This document shows, one piece after another, positions 8,733 through 15,515 of a stretch of 15,515 nucleotides of DNA. Source of the DNA: Candidatus Heimdallarchaeota archaeon (GTDB taxonomy: Archaea > Asgardarchaeota > Heimdallarchaeia > Hodarchaeales > Hodarchaeaceae); the NCBI GenBank assembly GCA_019057635.1, contig DXJL01000048.1, forward strand, positions 1-15,515, given 5' to 3'. Within the stretch, counting starts at the first letter, position 1. Every line of letters begins with the position of its first letter. The notes beneath the pieces were generated by a model. The model was not told the origin of the DNA. It was given only the letters and a program-made list of their open reading frames with translations, and did no database searches. A program made the translations under genes and the position numbers.

Positions 8733-10457
8733 TTAATTAAAGGGAGAAGTGAATAATTTCCTCTGGATTTGAGTTGTATTTTGGTGTTTCAATTCATTCT
8801 TTAGCAGAGGGAAGCCATTTTTCTCCAAGATTCCATTTAATCTGTCGAATTCAGATAAAATTAATTCTGTATGAGGATCAATGGTTATACACTTACCATC
8901 AATTATAGAAGAATGAATTTCTCCACATGCAGCGTCTAACCCCTTTAAGTGCGGTGCATCAAATATGCCTATTTTGACTGCATTTGCTAATGTTTGAGGG
9001 TGACATAGGGGATCCTTAATTGATTGTTCAGATATATTCCGAACAGCTTGTAGAATAATATAAGCCTCTGAAATAAGACTAGATTTGTACTCTACAAGTT
9101 TTGTATCTAAATGAACAGAGGGTAATCCTCTAATTGAATTTAAAACTATTTTCCGTGTAATTTTTGCGCTCTCTATAATATCTTCTGGGGTAGCAGCATG
9201 ATCAGCTTCACAATAGCTAACCACATGTACAATATGCGGTCTCATAAACATCGCGATTTGAATAGAAGACGCTAACTGACCTTTCGAAAGATCTAAATCT
9301 TCAGGAAAACTTAGAAGCCCCGAGCGAACTTGACGATACGTTTTGAAATTCTTACCATGTAATCCCTCAATTAATTCAGTCTTAGCCATCATTTTCGCTA
9401 AATCAAAACGAGGAGAAATCCCAAGAGGGGTATCGAACATCATCTGGGAAATGTAATGTTGTATTCCAGCTTTTTTCGCATTATATGCGCCCAAGAAAGC
9501 AGCCGTAACAGCAATTACGTCTGGTGCAGACCTTAAACTCCAATGATGGGATTCATTTGATTCAAATGGTAGGTTTTGTCTAGCGTGCCAAATCATATTT
9601 TCTTGATTTTCTTTGATTGCACTTTGTAGTGTTCTACTACTTCGGCTATCCAGTTCTGAATACCAAAAAAGGGGTGTGGCACCCCAAACGTTATTTATGG
9701 TATTTTTAAGTAACTCGGCCATTTGTATTAGATTTCTTGTGCCTGAATAACAACGTAATAATGGAAAATTTCCATGTCTTGATGCCTTGTGAAAATTGAT
9801 TAAATCTTCTTTTGAACGTATTGCAACTCCTCCTGCTCCCTGTTCTACTACTTTCATTTCCTCTGGACAAAAAAAGTGTTCTTGGAAGTTTTGATCTGGA
9901 CCTATTGAAAGAATATCAATAACTTTTGCAAGTGCTATAGTTTTGATACCTTTGAAGGTTTCTTCAACAGAGGGTACTCCAAAATGGGCTCTGATCAATG
10001 GATAAGGGGAATAAGCTTTCAAACGGTCAAGTAAATTAGTTGCATAAACTTTTTCTTCTTTAGATGGAAATCGAGAATTTCTTAAATATTCTATAACATC
10101 TATTTCTGACGATTGGCCCGTAAAGAAATGGTTAAATAGCCCCATGGGCTCAATACTTTTACATACTGGACTTGTTCCACCAAAAATCCACTCCTTTTCT
10201 CTCATCTTGGGAGTGATTTTCTCTATAAGCTTACTCACAATCTCAACTGCTACCTTTGGTGTCAAACGATAGCTCAATGCGACAATATCTGGATCTGTTC
10301 TTTTTATTTCCTTTATGATATTTTCAATTGTGTTTGGAGGGCGTAAGAATGTTGTTTTATAACCCTGTTCTTGAGAAATTTGCATAAAATTAAATATTCC
10401 AGCAACATGGACACAAGACCCGAGTGTAGCACATAATATATGCTTATTATGCTTCAT
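8733..10457 (-). CDS. Cobalamin-binding protein: N-terminal B12-binding Rossmann domain fused to a glutamate mutase epsilon-like TIM barrel (putative AdoCbl mutase, substrate unknown)
   Basis: GSCVHVAG...VALSYRL...IFGGT matches the (D)xHxxG-SxL-GG B12 motif. C-terminal blocks [30 protein letters not shown] and [10 protein letters not shown] are collinear with GlmE blocks recalled from memory. Confidence 0.75.
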   Translation of the reverse strand: [574 protein letters not shown]

Positions 10458-11599
10458 TCTTCTAATACACTCTCCTGATTCATTATTTCGATATAAAATT
10501 CATCTCCAAGAGTCACATACTCTTTTAACAGGTAACTGGGAATTTTATCTAGTTCCATTGACTCTATTGTTCTACCATGGCTCTTATAGTCCTTATTACA
10601 CATAGATGTAGCCAAGTTAATTATCATGTCAATATGGGGTGTTGGTACACCTGCAGCTTCCCCAAAACTCGAAATAGGTACTAACCCAGTGGGAATATCT
10701 TCAAAAATATAGCGGACATCGAGGCTAGATGGTGCGATAACATTTTGATACTCCTTTGTATTCTGAACAATTTCAAACAAATTTTCTCCTGCACTCCCAT
10801 AAACTAAATTTAACCACTTTTTCAGTGAAATGGCGTGAACACCATAAGCTCCTGCAACTGCAACTCTTTCATTGTCCATTTTCTCTAAGAAACAAGCAAC
10901 AGATGGTGACACTCCATCAATATAATGTCTATATTTGACATAGGGATCTTCACATCTGGCTACATTCAATAACAAGGGTGCTGGATGAAATATAGCTCCT
11001 ATATTATCAAATGAGGTATTTAATACAGATTCGGTTTCACAAAAATTGCTACTTACTTCTTTCAATACAGGAATAGCTTCTTCGTTATAAAATGATGGGA
11101 AAGCAGAAACTGGTACTCTTCTTTTAATTCCTGCAATTGTTACATGGCTAGGTTTGGTACATCGTGAAACGAATAGTAAGGATTGAGCTTCAATCACTTG
11201 TGGTTTAAATGGGCCATTATGCTGTTTAATGGTGTTACTCACTTCAAATGCACCCCCTGTTCTCCCTGGATTTAAAACTACAACTTGATCGTTTGTTAAA
11301 TAAGGAGCGATCTGTACAGCTATTTCTTTATGTGCATCGGCCGTTGTCACAAGCATTATTAACTTACTTTCTTCGATAGCTTTCTGGATCGAGGGTGTAG
11401 CTAGATCGGTATTGAAATGACCTTCAAGTACACCTGATGAGGTGATTCCATTTTTCTTTATGGCATCAATAACTGAAATGGATCTATTCCATATCTTAAC
11501 CTTATATCCTTTTGATTTTGCATAAGCAGCAAAAGCATGACCACCATTTCCAGCTCCTAGGATAGCGATACAATTTGCATCAATTTCCTTAGATCTCAT
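10454..11599 (-). CDS. NAD(P)-dependent opine (octopine/nopaline) dehydrogenase family protein
   Basis: Rossmann IAILGAGNGG, LNPGRTGG, NIGAIFHP (catalytic His) and RYIFEDIPTGLVP (catalytic Asp). ATGA overlap with the cobalamin protein at 10454-10457. Confidence 0.9.
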   Translation of the reverse strand: MRSKEIDANCIAILGAGNGGHAFAAYAKSKGYKVKIWNRSISVIDAIKKNGITSSGVLEGHFNTDLATPSIQKAIEESKLIMLVTTADAHKEIAVQIAPYLTNDQVVVLNPGRTGGAFEVSNTIKQHNGPFKPQVIEAQSLLFVSRCTKPSHVTIAGIKRRVPVSAFPSFYNEEAIPVLKEVSSNFCETESVLNTSFDNIGAIFHPAPLLLNVARCEDPYVKYRHYIDGVSPSVACFLEKMDNERVAVAGAYGVHAISLKKWLNLVYGSAGENLFEIVQNTKEYQNVIAPSSLDVRYIFEDIPTGLVPISSFGEAAGVPTPHIDMIINLATSMCNKDYKSHGRTIESMELDKIPSYLLKEYVTLGDEFYIEIMNQESVLEE

Positions 11600-11620
11600 G
11601 TTAAATGACTCTTTTTACAA

Positions 11621-11636
11621 TTTAAAGTACTTTTTC
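11621..11636 (-). promoter_or_regulatory. Putative archaeal TATA box with purine-rich upstream element for a possibly leaderless opine dehydrogenase transcript
   Basis: Minus strand GAAAAAGTACTTTAAA ends 21 nt upstream of ATG 11599. No SD motif precedes the ATG. Confidence 0.4.
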
Positions 11637-11705
11637 GAATTATAAATAATGTTCAAATGGTAAATTCTTCGTATAAATTCATTTAATTATACGATTACCG
11701 TCTGC

Positions 11706-11783
11706 TTCTGATTTTTCCATCAAAGAATCGAAATACGCATTGTAAAGTAAAGGACTACCTTTACTTTCTATTGGAAATCAGAA
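11706..11783. repeat. Nested inverted repeats (stem-loop element) in intergenic DNA
   Basis: Perfect 10-bp hairpin AAAGTAAAGG-ACTA-CCTTTACTTT (11744-11767), enclosed by TTCTGATTT (11706-11714) and AAATCAGAA (11775-11783). Confidence 0.7.
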
Positions 11784-11946
11784 ATTCAGGGTGAAAAGAT
11801 AATAGATTCTTACTCTGAGCAATATTACCTTATACCATATCTTTAACAAAAAAAAGATATCATACAAATATTCAAGAATATATGCGACATTATAAATTTT
11901 TTCCATGTTTAACCCCTAATTCCTATATATCCTTTGTACTTCTATC

Positions 11947-12744
11947 TTAAGCAGTCTTATAAGGAGTCATACCTAACTCACTCCGTAAAAACAAAATAGC
12001 ATGCGATAATAAGAATATATTGAGAACATAGGTGATATCAATCAGATAATTAAGATTGATCTCGATAGTTCCATATCTGCTATTTCCGATTAAGGTATCA
12101 GAAAATACAAACAGACCTGTAGCAAAGATCATCAGCCAACGAAAGAGACGCGATCGTCGATCATAAACTAAAACAAACCAAGAAATACAAGTCATTGTTC
12201 CGATAGTAAATACATATGGGATTACAATAAGAGAATCCGTTCCACTAAAAATTAATATGATATAAATCGTGGGGATAAGAATCACCCACGCGACAATAAA
12301 AAATACTATCTTATGAAACAATCTTGGAACTGTTCGAAACTCCGATGCTTTAATAGATATAATTCCAGAGTAAGAGATTATCAGGCAGAATTGCATCACT
12401 AAATAGGCAAGCATTCCATAAATAAAATCAGAGGCGATCGTCACCGTTGCAATAAGACCAACAATCATTGCGATTACCATCCAATTCAAGTAGCGCTGGG
12501 GTCTCAACTCAGAGCTTTTCAATGGATTCGTTTCTTTAATAATTTGATTCACACGGCTTCCATCAAGAGAGTAAAATCGGACGATCAAGGTGGAAATCAC
12601 AACAAATAAACTTGCAAGCCAGGTGAGTTCTACAATCTTCTCTCCTTGATCAAACACGATAAATTCCGAGAGAAGAATAGTTAAAAAACCTAAACTACCA
12701 ATGAAAAATGGAATGAGAAATCTTTTTGTAGAAAATGAACTCAT
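11947..12744 (-). CDS. YhhN/lysoplasmalogenase-like integral membrane protein (divergent)
   Basis: About 8 TM segments. VIPYVFTIGTM, GLFVFSDTLIG and ITY match the C-terminal half of the YhhN family. FIYGMLAYL resembles FxxGLxxFL. Confidence 0.6.
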   Translation of the reverse strand: MSSFSTKRFLIPFFIGSLGFLTILLSEFIVFDQGEKIVELTWLASLFVVISTLIVRFYSLDGSRVNQIIKETNPLKSSELRPQRYLNWMVIAMIVGLIATVTIASDFIYGMLAYLVMQFCLIISYSGIISIKASEFRTVPRLFHKIVFFIVAWVILIPTIYIILIFSGTDSLIVIPYVFTIGTMTCISWFVLVYDRRSRLFRWLMIFATGLFVFSDTLIGNSRYGTIEINLNYLIDITYVLNIFLLSHAILFLRSELGMTPYKTA

Positions 12745-12830
12745 AGTGTCAACTCAGGAATGTCCGTTAATCGAGATTATGTCTTTTTATTATTAACCCA
12801 ATTTTTTCAGACTTTAGAAAAATTAGGATA

Positions 12831-12870
12831 AAACAAAAGAGTACTAGAATTACTAGTACTGAAGAAAAAA
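12831..12870 (-). terminator. Putative terminator of the sdh operon
   Basis: Just after the sdhB stop on the minus strand: a T6 tract, then the 8-bp inverted repeat AGTACTAG-N5-CTAGTACT (12840-12860), then CTTTTGTTTT. Confidence 0.55.
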
Positions 12871-12881
12871 GTTGATTTTGG

Positions 12882-13625
12882 TCAACTTCTCGACCAAAAT
12901 TTCAAAGTTTGTTTTGCAGATTGACGCTTCAAGGTCTGAATCGCTTCTGTAGGATTGAGTTCCTTTGGACAGGCTTCAACGCAATTAAAAGCAGTATGAC
13001 AACGATAAACGCCATCTTCACTTGTAACTCGTTTCAACCGTTCTCTTCGGTCCTCATCTCTTGTATCATTTGTGAAACGGAATGCTTTGAGAAGAGCTCC
13101 AGGACCTAAATAATTAGTATCCGTCCATACCGAAACACATGATGAATGACACGCACCGCACAGAATACACTTAGTTGCTTCTTCGATAATATGGAAATCT
13201 TCAGGACTTTGCAAGATTTCAGTTTCAGGATCCTTTGAATGATCACGCTTCAGATAGGGCTCAATTGCTAGCAATTTTTCATAAAATTGAGACATATCTA
13301 CCACTAGATCCTTAATCACAGGATAGGAGGGAAGAGGTTCAAGTTTGATGACGTTCTTGTTCAATTGTAAAACCAATGTTTCGCAAGCTAATGCATACTT
13401 ATTATTCACTAGAACTGCACAGGAACCACAGACACCAGCACGACAATTATATCGCATTGCGATAGACCCATCCTGCTTGGCAATTAATTCCTGAATCGCT
13501 ATTAGAACCGTTGTACCGTCATCACACTCGAGTTCATAGGTATCCCAGTAGGGTTTATCATCTACAACAGGATTAAAGCGCTTAATTTTGAAAGTTAATA
13601 TTTTCGTTTCTTTTGTCGAACTCAT
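12882..13625 (-). CDS. sdhB: Succinate dehydrogenase/fumarate reductase iron-sulfur subunit
   Basis: CRAGVCGSC...C (2Fe-2S), CILCGACHSSC (4Fe-4S) and CHTAFNCVEACP (3Fe-4S), plus VIKDLVVD. GAGGTGA SD upstream. Confidence 0.96.
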   Translation of the reverse strand: MSSTKETKILTFKIKRFNPVVDDKPYWDTYELECDDGTTVLIAIQELIAKQDGSIAMRYNCRAGVCGSCAVLVNNKYALACETLVLQLNKNVIKLEPLPSYPVIKDLVVDMSQFYEKLLAIEPYLKRDHSKDPETEILQSPEDFHIIEEATKCILCGACHSSCVSVWTDTNYLGPGALLKAFRFTNDTRDEDRRERLKRVTSEDGVYRCHTAFNCVEACPKELNPTEAIQTLKRQSAKQTLKFWSRS

Positions 13626-13634
13626 AATATCACC

Positions 13635-15353
13635 TCAGTATTTACGCTCCTGTGGCTGCCATTTTGTAATAATGACATCCTGATAACTTAATTTGGGTTC
13701 TCCATCTGCAAAGCTTACTAACGAGTGCTTCAGGAAATTTGCATCATCTCTTTTAAGATGATCAAGGCGCCAATGACCTCCTCGACATTCTTTGCGAGCC
13801 AATGCTCCCATGCAGATAGCTTCAGATTCATCAAGCATACCTTTTAAAGCAAAAACCCATTCCAACTCACGATTGTATTGCCTTACTTTCGATTTTAGGT
13901 ACACTCCATCATTGAACTGCTGTTTTAGCTCACGAATCTTGTCAAGTGCTATTTTGAGTGATTCTTCTTCTCGATACACAAAAACATTAAACTTCATTGT
14001 ATTTCGCATTTCTTCCATTATTTTGAAAGGATCACTCTTACCTTCACCGCTATACCAAAAATCAATTTCTTGTTCTTGCTCGTGTAATGCCTCAAATAAT
14101 GTAAATTTAGCATCAGGAGAAGGTGTGGCTTCTTTAGCATATTTCGCAGCCTCTACACCTGCAACTTTTCCGAAAACAGCACATTCTAGAAGAGAATTCC
14201 CACCAAGCCGATTGGCACCATGAACAGAGACACAAGTACCTTCACCACAGGCATAAAATCCTTCTACTTCTTCGCTAGCACAATTTTCATTCACATGGAT
14301 ACCTCCCATTGTATAATGATATCCGGGTTGTACAGGAATAGGATCTTTAACCATATCTTGACCAGAAAAACGAAGAGCTAACTCACGGATCTGAGGAAGT
14401 CTTTCTAGAATTTGTGATTCTGGTAAGTGCGTCAAATCTAGATGCACATAACCGTTTTCTTTCGGTCCATAACCTCGTCCTTCAAGAACTTCTTGGTAGA
14501 TAGAACGTGCTACAATATCCCGCGGAGCAAGCTCCATTTGTTCAGGAGCATATTTCTCCATAAATCGTTCGCCTTTGTTATTTCGTAGATATCCACCTTC
14601 GCCACGAGCAGCTTCTGATATTAAAACATTATTTCCATAAAGACAGGTTGGATGGAATTGTATAAATTCCATATCTTTCATTGAAATACCAGCCCATGCA
14701 GATACCGCGATTCCGAATCCAGTACAGTTGAGAGCATTCGATGTTGCACCATATATCTGACCAGCGCCACCAATTGCGAAAATTACAGCATCACATTCCC
14801 ACATTTCAAGTTCTCCCGTAATGAAATTAAGAACAATGATACCTTGCACTTTCTTATTCTTCACTGTGAGTTTAACAACCAATCTATCTTCATAAACAGG
14901 AACACCTAGTCTAACGGATCGTTCCCACGCAACATGTAATACCGAGTGCCCTGTACGATCAGCTGCGAAACAAGTACGAGGATATCCTGCCCCTCCAAAA
15001 GGTCTCTGACCTATGCGGCCATCCTCAGATCTTGAAAAAGGACAGCCCCAATGTTCCAGTTCATAGATAGTTTCTTTAGCTAAACTTATCAGCTTGATAA
15101 CAGCAGGTTGGTCTGCAAGATAATCAGAACCTTTAACTGTATCAAAGGCATGTCTATCAACAGAATCATCTTTTGATTCAGGATTATTCCCAAGTGGTGC
15201 ATTGATACCTCCTTGAGCTGCAACCGAATGACTTCTAACTGGCATACAAATTGATATTACACCTACATCTGCGCCCGATTCTCGTGCAGCAACTGCAGCG
15301 CGCATTCCTGCAAGACCCGATCCTACCACTATTACTGAATGTCTTTTAATCAT
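13635..15353 (-). CDS. sdhA: Succinate dehydrogenase/fumarate reductase flavoprotein subunit
   Basis: GSGLAG FAD-binding loop, RSHSVAAQGG (covalent FAD His), QFHPT, SEAARGEGG, ELAPRD, HYTMGG, HGANRLGGNSL and ECRGGH. Confidence 0.97.
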   Translation of the reverse strand: MIKRHSVIVVGSGLAGMRAAVAARESGADVGVISICMPVRSHSVAAQGGINAPLGNNPESKDDSVDRHAFDTVKGSDYLADQPAVIKLISLAKETIYELEHWGCPFSRSEDGRIGQRPFGGAGYPRTCFAADRTGHSVLHVAWERSVRLGVPVYEDRLVVKLTVKNKKVQGIIVLNFITGELEMWECDAVIFAIGGAGQIYGATSNALNCTGFGIAVSAWAGISMKDMEFIQFHPTCLYGNNVLISEAARGEGGYLRNNKGERFMEKYAPEQMELAPRDIVARSIYQEVLEGRGYGPKENGYVHLDLTHLPESQILERLPQIRELALRFSGQDMVKDPIPVQPGYHYTMGGIHVNENCASEEVEGFYACGEGTCVSVHGANRLGGNSLLECAVFGKVAGVEAAKYAKEATPSPDAKFTLFEALHEQEQEIDFWYSGEGKSDPFKIMEEMRNTMKFNVFVYREEESLKIALDKIRELKQQFNDGVYLKSKVRQYNRELEWVFALKGMLDESEAICMGALARKECRGGHWRLDHLKRDDANFLKHSLVSFADGEPKLSYQDVIITKWQPQERKY

Positions 15354-15360
15354 GGTTTTT

Positions 15361-15515
15361 TCACTCTCCAGCTAACACAATTTCTGGCACTATCATAATA
15401 AGATACATGGCTAATATGTAAGAGATTATACCAAGTATAAAGAGTATCCAGAAAATCTGCTTTTGTTTACGAATTCCAATTCCTAAATCGAACAGAACTA
15501 CTCTGATTCCGTTAT
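15361..15515 (-). CDS. sdhC: Succinate dehydrogenase cytochrome b membrane anchor, C-terminal fragment running off the right edge
   Basis: Not in the ORF track. Manual translation of 15513-15361 gives NGIRVVLFDLGIGIRKQKQIFWILFILGIISYILAMYLIMIVPEIVLAGE*, matching the (H)xxNGIRxxxxDxG motif followed by a TM helix. It stops 7 nt before the sdhA start. Confidence 0.75.
   Translation of the reverse strand, partial: NGIRVVLFDLGIGIRKQKQIFWILFILGIISYILAMYLIMIVPEIVLAGE

Noticed and set aside
8733-10457. Methionine synthase or B12-dependent radical SAM annotation
   Set aside because: No CxxxCxxC motif and no homocysteine-binding, pterin-binding or cap domain is recognisable. The C-terminus fits GlmE better.
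11600-11946. Canonical cobalamin riboswitch upstream of the B12 enzyme operon
   Set aside because: No recognisable B12-box (GGGAA...GCCACUG-type) elements on the minus strand, and the region is very AT-rich. Kept only as an unknown structured element.
1371-14223. Short ORFs 1371-1655, 5523-5717, 5880-6185, 7141-7344, 7988-8176, 10756-10938, 12909-13109 and 13792-14223
   Set aside because: All lie antisense or out of frame inside well-supported genes and show no motifs, so they are treated as shadow ORFs.
1-15515. CRISPR array, tRNA/rRNA, transposase, or Sec/Pyl stop read-through
   Set aside because: No periodic repeats or RNA gene signatures were seen. The recognisable proteins end at family-typical positions, and I saw no homology continuing past a stop.

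Overview
AT-rich, gene-dense prokaryotic window, probably archaeal. GAGGTGA/GAGGT-type ribosome-binding sites, TTTAAA/TTTATAA boxes and oligo-T tracts point that way; an Asgard/Heimdallarchaeia-like origin is a guess only. From left to right it holds: the N-terminus of a URO-D/MtaA-family gene, a nucleoside phosphorylase, an ABC-2 exporter operon with a membrane protein and winged-helix regulator, a MacB/FtsX-type permease with a zinc-ribbon-fused ATPase, and a nitrilase. These are followed by a translationally coupled pair (opine dehydrogenase plus a 574-aa cobalamin protein), a degenerate YhhN-like membrane protein, and sdhC(part)-sdhA-sdhB. The most interesting element is the pair at 8733-11599. 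By-eye comparison suggests the cobalamin protein is a natural fusion of glutamate mutase S-like (B12-binding) and E-like (TIM barrel) domains. It has an altered Co-ligand motif (CxHxxG) and appears to have lost the glutamate-binding residues. This points to an uncharacterised B12 radical mutase working with an opine dehydrogenase. Upstream lies a 347-bp intergenic region with several inverted repeats. All family calls come from motif recognition and remembered sequences; no searches were run.
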